Positions 35,779 to 48,517 of a stretch of 64,000 nucleotides of DNA are shown here, piece after piece. This DNA is from Octopus sinensis (lineage: Eukaryota). Positions within the stretch are counted from its first letter, which is position 1, and each line of letters starts with the position of its first letter. Location: positions 51,088,001-51,152,000 of the forward strand of contig NC_043010.1 in the NCBI RefSeq assembly GCF_006345805.1. Direction: 5' to 3'. Under the pieces are notes generated by a model. That model did no database searches. It was given only the letters and a program-made list of their open reading frames with translations, and was not told the DNA's origin. The translations under genes were made by a program, and so were the position numbers.

Positions 35779-37434
35779 TTCTAATTTTGGGACAAGGCCA
35801 GTAATTTTGACGGGAGGATTAAGTCAATTACATTGAATCCAGTGCTCAACGGGTACTCTATCTAATCGACCCTGAAAGAATGAAAGGCAAACTCAACCTC
35901 AGCAGCATTTAATCTCAGAACGTAATGAGCCGAAAGAAATGCTGCGAATTATCTTCGATACACTAACAATTCTGTCTGCTCGCCATCTAAATAAAAAATA
36001 ATTATTTCGGAAAGACTTCAGTCCGTCCCCCACCTCTCCCATTTTATCCCAAATTTGTTTATTTTTGTAATTTTTTTTGCCTAAAATCCCCGTTTTCGGA
36101 TACGGAGGTTCCGGAAAATTGCTAAAAATCGGCATTGTGAAATTTCCCCCCTCCCACAACTTCAATTTTGACTTCTTTCCCCAACAGTAACCCTAACCCT
36201 AACCCTAAAACCGTAACCGTAAGTACAGAACTATTTTGAAAATTTTGTCCGTATTTTTCCACATATTTAGAGAAAAAAAATTCTTTAAAAAAATTTTACA
36301 ATGATTTTTGGAAATTTTTTTCAGAATCATAATCTCTGTATTTTTCCTCTTATTTTTGGGGGAAAAAATTGTGAAAAAGGTTAAAAACGAAGGAAATGGG
36401 GATGGGGGTGGTAATTTAGAAATGTCGATTTTTGCCATTTTTTTTTTGCAGATTCATATTCCCCGTAGCCGAAAACAAAAATTTTTTAAGGGTGGTTTTT
36501 GGGTCGGGGTCGGAAGTCTTGCTATTCTTTCTACTAAAGGGACAAGGCCTGAAAATTTGGTGGTCGATTATATTGGTTCCAGTGTTCAACTGATACTTAT
36601 TTTATTGCCAGCAAAAGGATGAAAGTAAAGTCGATCACGACAATATCTATATATATAAAACTGTAGTTGTGTGAGTGTCTGTCTCCTACGATTTAGATTC
36701 CTAACTCCTCCCGCATTTTGCGGTGCAGTTTAACCAAATTCGGGTATCTTATAGTCGTGATTAATATCAAGCCCATCTGGCTATTAGCGCGCGTCTACGA
36801 TGAGTCTACGATTTTAAAAATAATTTAACATCATTTTTTATTCCATTTTAATGCATAATTTTTCGTGTGTCGATGGCGGCGGAGTTGGCGTCCACGCTCA
36901 AACACCTGCACCTGTGTTTGCTTCTCCCTCTTCTCCCCTCCCTCGTGAAGCTGTGGGGAAGGGAGTTTAAGGAAATCAACGTCGTAATGCGTTGTCAAGG
37001 AGACCAGCGTTCTTTTAGAACAACGACTTCATGGCTTGAAGACACCAAAACAGAAATGGCTAAGAAAGCCCGAATTGGCATCTATAAAGGAAGTAACTCT
37101 CTAAAAATGCTTATATAGTTATTTCCCTTACAAACCCGAGCAACGCCGGGCGATGCTGCTAGTTTGAACTAAGAATGTAAAGAGATTGTAGAAATGGCGC
37201 TAAGCATTTTGTACAGTGTGCTAACGATTCTGCTAGCTCGTCCACATAAACAGCATAACAGAATAAAACCAATGTTTAACAATAATCGAATAAGTTCGGT
37301 AAAGAAATAGAAACTGGGAGAAAGATTTTCTTTGAAACTGAAAGCTGATTTCGAAATTTTATGGCTGTGTAGTAAAAAGTTTGCTTCCCAACCACTGTAT
37401 GGCACCTACTATAGTACTGGGTCAACCAAAGGCC

Positions 37435-37800
37435 GAGCGGTATTTCGTCTGCTGTTACATTCTGAGTTCAAATTCCGCCGAGGTCGACTTTGCCTTTCAG
37501 CCTTTCGGGGTCGATTAAATAAGTACCAGTAACGCAGTGGAGTCGATACAATCGACTTTATCCCTTTGTCCTTGTTTGTCCCCTCTGTGTGTAGCCCCTT
37601 GTGAGAAGTAAAGAAATAGGTATTTCGTCTGCTGCTACGTTCTGAGTTCAAATTCCACCGAGGTCGACTTTGCCTTTCATCCTTTCGGGGTCGATTAAAT
37701 AAGTACCAGTTACGCACTAGGGTCGATATAATCGACTTAATCCCTTTGTCTGTCCTTGTTTGTCCCCTCTGTGTGTAGCCCCTTGTGGGTAATAAAGAAA
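37435..37800 (+). mobile_element. SINE family B, dimeric body
   Basis: Two tandem GTATTTCGTCTG...AAAGAAA units. Confidence 0.75.
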
Positions 37801-39712
37801 AAAAAACCCGTCGTGTGTGTGTGTATATGTATATATATATACGCGCGCGCGTGTATGTTTTTGTGTGTCCTCTGCCACCGACTGACAACCGATGGTGGTT
37901 GGTTTATGTTCCCGTAACTTAATGGTTCGACAAAAGAAACCAATAGATCAAGTACCAGGGTTAAGAATGAGTACTGGGGTCAATTTGTTCGACTAAAGCC
38001 TTCGAGGCAGAGCCCCAACACATGAAACAAGTAAAAAGATAAAATATAAGATATAAAAGAAATGGTTGATTGTTTTAACACAAAAACCCGTAAGAACCGT
38101 TAACCGATTGAAAGGAATTAAGTAGAACGGGGTATTCATATGATTACGATGAACATAGAGATTGTCGTTGATTATCTTAATTCAACGTTGAGATTAATTC
38201 GTTATTCAGTGGAATACTGTAACGAACCAAAACGTTTTGAATCACCAAACATTATCTTGTAGAACTTGCGCAGAGTTAAATGCCATCGACACTATTGTTT
38301 AATTCTTATATTTTAGTTTATTATTTTTAAAAAAAGTTATAAAATAAATAAAACGCATTTTACAAAGGAAAAACATTAGGTTTTACAATTCGTTTTGTTA
38401 CACCAAGTTTATAACGCTTTTATTTTCGTTTCAAAAACAAATTGTTTGCCGAGTTTCCGACAGCAGTTTCATTTTCTGGACCATAAAACGAAATATCGGC
38501 TGTTTTTACTCTTTGGAAGTTCAACAGAGTGATCATTATTAACAGTTCCGAATTTTGACACTAGACCAGCAATATTAAAGGACCCCCATTGCCCAAATGG
38601 TACTTATTTTATTGACCCCTAAAGGATGAAAGGGCAAAGTCGACCTCGGCGCAGTTTTAACCCAGAACGAAAAGAGCTCGTAAGGATTTTGTCCGTCTCA
38701 AACGATTTTACCACCGTCTTAAGAGATCTTTACTAGAGTCAACTCATCGGTCAGAATTTGCTCCCAAAACAGAAAGACCCACAACTAGCATTTACCCAAT
38801 AAGTTTCCAGTCCTAACAGAAAAGTCGAAGTTTGAAATATTTTATAAGAGAAAACAAAATAAAAGTTGTTCGTTCGTACTGTTTTTTTTTATTTAATTTT
38901 TTACTTAGACAATACTTTATATCAGGCATAGGCAACCTTTTTCAAGAGATGGGCTGCGTGAGACATAGTTCATCAGAAGTCAGATTGCACTAAACTAATA
39001 ATTCAAAATAAATTTTCGTTAAGTGTGCAATTAAAAAAGTCCTGCGAGCCAGTTTGCCCATCGCTCCTACAGATTTAAGAAAGACGGCTAAATGAAATTG
39101 TGTAACATGGACATTAGAAACGTAATTGAAAAATGGCAATCATATCTGAATGTTTATCTGTTTTCATACAATATGGTTTCAAAATAATAAATAAAAGTGC
39201 AAAAATGAATGATGACCGGGAAAATTTTAAATATTCTTTATATAACAGATTGGATCTTTTCGGTTTGAACGGCAGTTTGTAACATAATTTCTAAGATCCA
39301 ACAGATTTAATGTCAAATAAAGAACCACAAATAATACTGGAAAAAAAATTTAAATATTATTTGCAAAGAAATCCCAGAAAAGTGTTAGTTAACTTTGTGC
39401 ACTTGTCAGTTAAAAGTCACGAATGTAATTTTTTTTAACCAACTGCAGTTCAGCCTTGACGAGTAGACAGTTAAAAACATGTTCAAAGCTGTACCATTTT
39501 TTTCTCAGAATAATATATCTCAAACTAAACTATTCCAAACTGGAAAAAAAAAAACCTTACGAATTTTTTTTTTAAGAGAGTAGACTAGGATTTGAGGGTG
39601 ATTTAGCGCTATACCTAGCAGGTCGAGCAATCAAGTGCGAGCTCCATCGAGACAACATATTACTGCAGTTTACGACTGTTATAAACCCAAACTCGAATAT
39701 CAAAGTTTAAAA

Positions 39713-39889
39713 GGTTTCACGTACAGTCTCTCCAGAGTTTGAATTGCTTCTGAGTAATTCTCACATTCACTTATGAGTTCATAAACGTCTTTATATCTAT
39801 GTGCGCTATTAAACACCTAAGTTTGCTTTCATCCGTGATAGGCGGTTCAACAGGAAATGATTCTAAAAAATTTTTTTAAAGTTCAACCA
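39713..39889 (-). pseudogene. Ty3/Gypsy-like gag relic
   Basis: Frameshifted FLESFPVEPPITDESKLRCLIAHID / DVYELISECENYSEAIQTLERLYVKP; resembles the invertebrate gypsy gag VYExIxEC..Y..AI..L..LYVKP motif. Confidence 0.55.
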
Positions 39890-40028
39890 AGGAAAATTAA
39901 ATGATCTTTGAATGCATGTTTAATAGAAGGAAAATAAAATCAACATAAAACAGGCACAAACCAGAAAAATAAATAAACAAAACCTGTGAAGTAAATCATT
40001 ATTGAACAAGAGATGGAAAGAAGAGTAC

Positions 40029-40112
40029 CTTGGTGAAAGTTCCCAGTTGAAGTGTGATCTGGGGTTTAATGCACCGAGGTTTTGTCCGATTGGATTAAAT
40101 AATTGAGCCAAT
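40029..40112 (-). promoter_or_regulatory. Candidate REC8 promoter and non-coding first exon
   Basis: Two opposed CCAAT boxes (40089-40093, 40108-40112) in a CpG-retaining zone, followed on the minus strand by an AAG|GTACTC donor at 40029. The REC8 ATG exon begins with an acceptor, so an upstream exon is required; this location is inference. Confidence 0.25.
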
Positions 40113-40297
40113 GAATAACACGGAGATTTAAATTTAAACTGTTTTATTGACGTTAGAAAAAAGGACGACGTCTCCCTCTCTCATATATATATGTATGCGT
40201 GTGTGTATGTATGCATGTATGTATGTATGTTTCCCTCCCCGCTCCCTGTGTGTGTGTGTATGTATATATATATATCTATATATATATATATATATAC

Positions 40298-40339
<42 letters not shown>

Positions 40340-41201
40340 ATATATATTATATATATATATATACACACACTCTTTTACTTGTTTCAGTGATTTGACTGCG
40401 GCCGTGCTGGAGCACTGCCTTTAGTCGAACAAATCGACCCCGAGACTAGTACTTATTCTATCGACCTTTTTTGATGAACCGCTAAGTTACCGGGATGTGA
40501 ACACACCAACATCGGTTGTCAAGCGATGGTGGGGGACATCACACAGAGTTGAAAGAAGATTAGAGATCTATACAAATAAAAAATATATATATATATACAC
40601 ATACATACATGTGTGTGTGTGTGCGACGGGTTTCTTTCGGTTTCCGTCCACCAAATCTACTCACGAGGTTATGGTAGAAGACAGTCGACCAAGTTGCCAC
40701 GCAGTGGGACTGAACCCGGAATCATGTTGTTGGGAAACAAGTTTCTTACCACACAGCCACTCCTGCACGGGTTAATGTATAAGCATGAAAATACATGCAC
40801 CGTATTTAAGCACTTAATTATTTGCAATATCATTAAACTCCGATATATTATAGCAATACAATAAATATTGATGGAATAAACTTGCAGGTATCAACAAAGT
40901 TGGCTAAAACGATAGTTGCGAGCAACGTATTTAGAATAATAAGCTACAGAAAAAGCGAACATTTTATGTATAATTCAGTTGTTTGCTATTCTGAATGTAT
41001 TTATGTGTGTGTGTATGTATGTGTATGTATATGTGTGTAATGGAAGCAACTCCTATGTTATCAAACTGTTATTGTCATCAAAATTAGCAGTTCCAAATAT
41101 GCTCAAAATATTGTTATATCCACTGCTTATTGCTATCAGCCGGTTGTTGTTATTGCTACCAGCTAGTTATTGTCATTAAGCGCCTTCCACTATACATACA
41201 T

Positions 41202-41234
<33 letters not shown>

Positions 41235-41521
41235 TACATACATACATACATACATACATACATACATACATACATACATACATACATACCTCAACTTACG
41301 TCGTTTCAAGTCACATCTTTTTCGACTTCACGTTGGTTTTTGCTTGTTTTTTTTAGAGAAATTAATGAAGCAGATAAACTTCAACTTCAGTCAATTTATC
41401 GGTCTCTTCGAATATATTTTAACAGAATAAAAATTATGAAAAAAGCCCCCCCCCCCAAAATAACACAATACCGTTGTGGAAAATCAAATAAAATACGTTA
41501 AAATATGCACAAACTATTTAT

Positions 41522-41870
41522 TAAAACAATTGCAGCGTGGAAAGTGTTTATAAGCCATTTAAGAAACACAAGAACCGTTAGATTCACTTCAATATTTAAA
41601 TTTTATTTGTCAAAATATTTTCGTCGCTTTGACACTGCGATCTGTTCACTGACAAAATTCCGATGCAGCACAGAATTTTGCAAGTGAACAGGTCGCAGTC
41701 TCAAAGCAACGAAAATATGTTGGCAAATTAAATTTAAATGTTGAAGTGAATCTAACGGTTTTTGTGTGTTTCTTAAATGGCTTATAAACACCTTCCACGC
41801 TGCAATTGTTTTCGTTCCAGCACACGATCTCAGATCAGGTCACTTGCTATGCAAGTACATCTCCGTAAAT
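41522..41870. mobile_element. Fold-back Penelope-like terminus (variant-ribozyme family)
   Basis: Arms 41522-41656 and 41677-41812, plus an extension on the right arm. Confidence 0.5.
41606..41656 (-). ncRNA. Hammerhead-like motif with G3:C8 core swap and extra nt after A9
   Basis: UUUGUCA-GUGAACA-G-(A/G)UCGC...GCGAC-GAAA-AUAU-UU-UGACAAA; inverted sister copy at 41677-41727. Confidence 0.6.
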
Positions 41871-43593
41871 ATTTATTTAAATATAGATGTTAATGAAGTC
41901 ATTCAAATAATTTTTTTGCGTTACGTCGTTTTTTGAATTAAGTTGCATATTTGGAACACACACCGACGTAAGTTGATGCATGCCTGTTTATATATATATA
42001 TATATTTGAGAGAGATGTATAATGGAATTGAAGGAATATCTCCTCCTATTATAATTCTTTCTGTAATTTCAAGGATCTGGAACGGGTCACCAATTTGTGA
42101 CGTCCGTGCGAAGCGAGGTGATGAGAATGTTTCCTTAGCACATCACACGGTCAATACAATAAATATAAATAGAATAATGCTTATGTGTGCCAGAGGGAAA
42201 TAAGAGAACAACCGGGTAGAATGTTTAAGACAAGATTTATTGATGTTAACCTGTGTTATTGTGTGTGCGACATATATACAGAATAATAGACAGGTCGTCA
42301 TAAGAATATCTATGCGTGTGTAGATGTGTGCGAGTCTATATGTATATTTATTGATAATAGCTTCAAATTGCGGCACAAAACGAGTCATTTTTAGGATTAG
42401 GGGCTCAGTTGATTACATCGACATCAAGGCTCAACTGGTACTTATTTTATCGACAGGATGAAAGACGAAGTCGACTTCAACGAAATTTGAACTCAGAACG
42501 TAAAGTGCCGGAAAAAATGCCGCTAAGCGATTTGTCCAGCGCATTAACGATTCTGCTAACTCGCTACTTTTGTATATTGAGGGGCGAAAAACATCAACCC
42601 TATCGACTGGTACTTTATTTTGTCGACCCTGAAAGGGATAGTTGGCCTCGATGGCATTTGAACTCAGAAGTGAGACATACTATAAAGCCCATATCTGACG
42701 TGCTAAAGATTGTCAGTTCATCACCCTCGCATATTTATTAATAATAATAATGTCTAATAGGTACAAATTCCATAGGGTAGGAGGGTTAGTCGATTAACTT
42801 GATCCTTGCACAAGACTCGTACTCTATATATTCTGAGATTTGAAATCAGAGCGTGAAAGAGCCGGAACAAATATCACAAGACACTTTTTACGAAGCTTTA
42901 AAGGTTTTGTCAGATAATATTTATTTATTTGCTTTACATAGGGACAAGGTCAGAAATTTGGGATTTTTTCCCTTTCAAGGATTTCAAGTCAGAACATGAA
43001 GAGCTGGAACATACTGCAAGCCATTTTGACATTCCTACACAAGTGTGCGCCTTCCAGAAAAACGGATATTCTGAAATATTATTTTCCATAAATAGCTTTC
43101 AGATGGTGTCGATTACGATTACATCGGAATTTAATATGAAAATAAAATTGGTGGGCGCGCATACTGATACACATCACATATATATCTAGAAAATGAGACT
43201 TGAAATGAAAAATTATGATATTGTGTATGTGTGCACGGCCACCATTTTTTTTTTTTTTTTTTCACAAAATTCCGGTCAAACTAAATCGTTTGGCGATCTT
43301 TCGTCTCTAGTAGACCTTTCCGTCGATTTCCGTAAAAAAATTTTTTTTTTTACATATGGGCTTGCGGGAACTTTTGAAGTAATATACATACATGTACACA
43401 CATATACACATACACCGAGTTATCTCTTTCTTTCACACATTACTCTGTCTCTTCACACACACTAACAGAAGCACTTCACTTACACAACATACTTTCTGTC
43501 TCCCACACCCCATCAAACACACACATGTACATCAATGCTTCAATACACGTAACTTCAAAAGAACTTCCCTCGTCATACAATCGCTTTCTCTTA

Positions 43594-45340
43594 GTCTCTT
43601 TCGCTCTCATTACTTCAAAAGTTCCCGCAAGCCCATATGTAAAAAAAAAATTTTTTTTTACGGAAATCGACGGAAAGGTCTACTAGAGACGAAAGATTGC
43701 CAATCGTTTGACCCGAGCAACAAAAAAAATAGTACAATAGGTGTACAACATCATGTAAACGAATATAGAAAAAAAATGCGCGCTGGCGAACGGGGAGCCG
43801 GAGAGAGGACTTGAAAAATTCACATCGGGAATGTTCCGAGTCCTCTCACCACTTCCCCGTCCGTCGGCGAAAATTTTTTCTTGATATTCGTTTACTACGC
43901 ATTATTTTACACCAAATACAGTATTTTATTTTTTCGATTTTTGTGACGGGATGGGTGGGGTGCGGATTCGGATAATTCACACGAACCAGTAATCCCACTT
44001 CAACACCCGGTCACAAAGATGAAAATAAAAAAAGGGTAATAGGTGTAAAACAACGTAGTAAACGAATATGAAAAAAAATGCGCGATGGCGAACGGGAGGG
44101 GGAAGACAACTCGGAAATTTCATACAATCAATCTCACAGGATCCGAAAACTCAAAAAATAGTGTAATGGCAATCTTTCGTCTCTAGTAGACCTTTCCGTC
44201 GATTTCCGTAAAAAAAATTTTTTTTTTTACATATGGGCTTGCGGGAACTTTTGAAGTAATGAGAGGGAAGTTCTTTTGAAGTTACCGTGCATGGGAGCAT
44301 TGATGTACATGTGTGTGTGTGCGTGTGTGTGTTTGATGGGGTGTGGGAGACAGACAGTATGTTGTGTAAGTGAAGTGCTTCTGTTAGTGTGTGTGAAGAG
44401 ACAGAGAGAGTAATGTGTCTCTTTCGCTCTCATTACTTCAAAAGTTCCCGCAAGCCCATATGTAAAAAAAAAATTTTTTTTTACGGAAATCGACGGAAAG
44501 GTCTACTAGAGACGAAAGATTGCCAATCGTTTGACCCGAGCAACAAAAAAAATAGTACAATAGGTGTACAACATCATGTAAACGAATATAGAAAAAAAAT
44601 GCGCGCTGGCGAACGGGGAGCCGGAGAGAGGACTTGAAAAATTCACATCGGGAATGTTCCGAGTCCTCTCACCACTTCCCCGTCCGTCGGCGAAAATTTT
44701 TTCTTGATATTCGTTTACTACGCATTATTTTACACCAAATACAGTATTTTATTTTTTCGATTTTTGTGACGGGATGGGTGGGGTGCGGATTCGGATAATT
44801 CACACGAACCAGTAATCCCACTTCAACACCCGGTCACAAAGATGAAAATAAAAAAAGGGTAATAGGTGTAAAACAACGTAGTAAACGAATATGAAAAAAA
44901 ATGCGCGATGGCGAACGGGAGGGGGAAGACAACTCGGAAATTTCATACAATCAATCTCACAGGATCCGAAAACTCAAAAAATAGTGTAATGGCAATCTTT
45001 CGTCTCTAGTAGACCTTTCCGTCGATTTCCGTAAAAAAAATTTTTTTTTTTACATATGGGCTTGCGGGAACTTTTGAAGTAATGAGAGGGAAGTTCTTTT
45101 GAAGTTACCGTGCATGGGAGCATTGATGTACATGTGTGTGTGTGCGTGTGTGTGTTTGATGGGGTGTGGGAGACAGACAGTATGTTGTGTAAGTGAAGTG
45201 CTTCTGTTAGTGTGTGTGAAGAGACAGAGAGAGTAATGTGTCTCTTTCGCTCTCATTACTTCAAAAGTTCCCGCAAGCCCATATGTAAAAAAAAAAATTT
45301 TTTTACGGAAATCGACGGAAAGGTCTACTAGAGACGAAAG
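43594..45340. repeat. 823-bp tandem duplication with internal ~100-bp inverted repeats
   Basis: Units start at 43594, 44417 and 45240; identical ORF-track entries lie 823 bp apart. Confidence 0.9.
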
Positions 45341-47278
45341 ATCGCCAGTGTAATAGGTGTAGTTGAACGATTATGAAAAAAAAAGCACTCTGGTAAACGG
45401 GGGCGGGGGAGAGGACTCGGAAAATTCACATCAGGAATATTCCGAGTCCTCTCACCACTTCCCCGTTCGTCGGCGATTTTTTTTTTTCCATATTCGTTTA
45501 CTACACATTTTACACCTAGTACACTATCTTTTTTTTTTTTCATTTTTGTGACCGAGTGTTAACATTGTGTTTTCAGATCCTGTGAGATTGATCGTGTGAA
45601 TTTTCCGAGTCGTCTCCCCCGCACCACCGTTCGCCCGTGCACATTTTTTTTTCCATATTCGTTTACTACATGTTGTTGTACACCTATTGCACTATTTTTT
45701 TGTTTGTCTTTGTTTTTTTGCTCGGGTCAAACACTTTAGTTTGACTAAATTTCCGATATAAACAGTATTTGTAGAAAGTTTTATTTTAAAAATATCCATT
45801 TTTCTGAAAGTTATGAGGAAACAAAATCAATTCAAGTGTGAATTTTCCTAAACTTCTCTCCCTCCACCTCCAAATAATGGAATTGTTATGGAATTTTCCA
45901 TAACAAATTTCAGTATAATTGTCACCTCCACCATCTGACCAATATTCCTCATTACTTCCAGAAAAAAATGGATATTTCTCAATGACATTTTCTACAAATA
46001 TGCTTCAGATGATGTAGGTTACTATTATATTGGAATTTGTAGCATAATCTTTCTCTGAGGGTGGAGAGAGGAATGTTGAAAAATTCACACGAGTCCACTT
46101 TGTTTCTTCATAAGCTTCAGAAAAATCATGTATCTTCTAATGAAATTTTCTTCCAGTATCTTTCAGACGATGTAGATTACATTTATATCGGAATTTGATG
46201 TGAAAAATAACATTGTTGGGTACACACACATACATGCTGACACACATCACAATTTTTTTCGAAATTGCAAGTTTCATTTTGTAAATATATGTGATATATG
46301 CCAGTATATATGTGTGTGCAAGCCCACCACTTTTTTTTTCATATTAAATTCTGATCTAATCATAATTTATGTAATCTGAAAGGCTTTTGTAGAAAATTTC
46401 ATTAAAGAATATCCATTTTTCTATAAGTTATTAGGAAACAAAGTCAATTTGAGTGTGAATTTTCCAAAACTCCTCTCCCCACATGGTTCCAGGTTCAGTC
46501 CCACTGCGTGGCACCTTGGGAAAGTGTCTTCTACTATAGCCTTGGGCCGACCAAAGCCTTGTGAGTGGATTTGGTAGACGGAAACTGAAAGAAGCCCGTC
46601 GTATATATGTATATATGTGTGTGTGTGTGTATGTTTGTGTGTCTGTGTTTGTCCCCCCAACATCACTTGACAACCGATGCTGGTGTATTTACGTCCCTGT
46701 AACTTAGTGGTTCGGCAAAAGAGACCGATAGAATAAGTACTAGGCTTACAAAGAATAAGTCCTGGGATCGATTTGCTTGGCTAAAGGTGGTGCTCCAGCA
46801 TGGCTACTATCAAATGACTGAAACAAGTAAAAGAATAGTAACAGGTAGACACTAAAAATATTACACATATTTCCATCATCTGTTTGAGGATTTTAAAAAT
46901 CTTAACACTTTAGAATTCAGATTACTTTGTCAAATATAGTGTTTCTTTATTCACATTGTTTGGAATTAATCATGCATTATTTTGTAGCTTTGACATTTCA
47001 ATGACTGTTTATCTTTAGATTAACATTGTAGGGTAGGTGTGAGATGCCAGATCGGGCCTGCTTGAACATAAAGCTGGTAGAATATTTGTGTTGGATATGG
47101 CCAGTTTAAATACTACAGGATTAAAGTTTTTTTTTTTTTTAAAGCAAGATTACAAACAGAAGATGAATGGTGAGAGCAGTGCCTAAGCCACAAACTTCCA
47201 TTCATCTTTCATTACTCTTCAAATCAATGATAAATTTTTAACTAAACTTAAAGAAAAAAATGCAACTGAAACATTTCA

Positions 47279-47788
47279 TCAACTCTCTGGGACATTTGGT
47301 ATATCTGTCACTTGGGGTGTTACAAATGATTTTTTACACCTGTTCCCAGGAATACTTTGGGTCATCGTGAGAGCCAGTTGCCTTAAACCAAATCGTATAT
47401 TCGGTAGTTCATTGTAATCTCCCGTTACAATATTATTGTTGTTGTTGTTGTTGTTGTTGTTATTGTTGTTATTATTATTATTAGTAGTAGTATTTTTAGT
47501 ATTTGTATATGCATTAATGTTTTTATCATCTGGAGATTCAGTAATAAAATGGGAGAGCAAAGATTTTTCTTCTGGCTGTTCAGTCACCTTTGGAATATTT
47601 TTATGACCATTACATTCCACTTTGCCATTTTGCTGAGGTTTATTCTCAGTTTTATTAGCAACAGTGGTTCCGTTGTGAAGTCCTGATTCTTTCAACTTGT
47701 TTGCTAATATTTTGGTGTCATTCTTTTGATAAACATTCCTCTTCTGAATTTCACTGATAAGAGAAGGCTTGAACCGGGCACTAGACTT
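47279..47788 (-). CDS. EF-hand-like protein, terminal coding exon with poly-Asn tract
   Basis: CAG acceptor in phase 0, 169 codons then TGA. This is the longest non-microsatellite ORF on the track. Confidence 0.75.
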   Translation of the reverse strand, partial: KSSARFKPSLISEIQKRNVYQKNDTKILANKLKESGLHNGTTVANKTENKPQQNGKVECNGHKNIPKVTEQPEEKSLLSHFITESPDDKNINAYTNTKNTTTNNNNNNNNNNNNNNNNNIVTGDYNELPNIRFGLRQLALTMTQSIPGNRCKKSFVTPQVTDIPNVPES

Positions 47789-48239
47789 CTGAAACATAAA
47801 GTAAAAAGACAATTAGCAATCTGTATGCATACTTAAAGCGCGTATATGTTAAAAGCCCTCTAAACTATGGTATTCGTCTTCAGAAACTAACTGTTATTAA
47901 TGGTGTAACTAATAGGGGCACGAGGGAGCAACCACTCCCACTGAAATCATTTTTCAAAATTGGCACCCTTTGAACAATTTTTTTTTAACTCTTCTGATTA
48001 CTAGCATGATAAAAGTCGAATCACTTTTTCTATTGTTGTTAATTGCATGGCCTTGGAAGAAAATTTCTGGAGTCACTACTTTATTTGATCAACCGCTTGT
48101 GTTTTTGAACTGTCTGCTCAATTTTATGAGATGTGTTCGTGGCAGCTAACACATGAAGAACCAAAACAAACCCTGACATCATAACCTCTTGATACACCTA
48201 TATTAGTAGTTGTTTTATACATTATAATATTACTGTTTT

Positions 48240-48478
48240 GCTCTTTTACTTGTTTCAGTCATTTGACCGTGGCCATGCTGGAGCACCGCCTTTAGTTGAG
48301 CAAATCTATCCCAGGACTTATTCTTTGTTAGCCTAGTACTTATTCTATCGGTCTCTTTTGCTGAACCACTAAGTTACGGGGACATAAACACACCAGCATC
48401 GGTTGTCAAGCAATGTTGGGGGGGGGGCAAACACAGACACACAAACATATACATACACATACATATATATATATGTAT

Positions 48479-48517
<39 letters not shown>

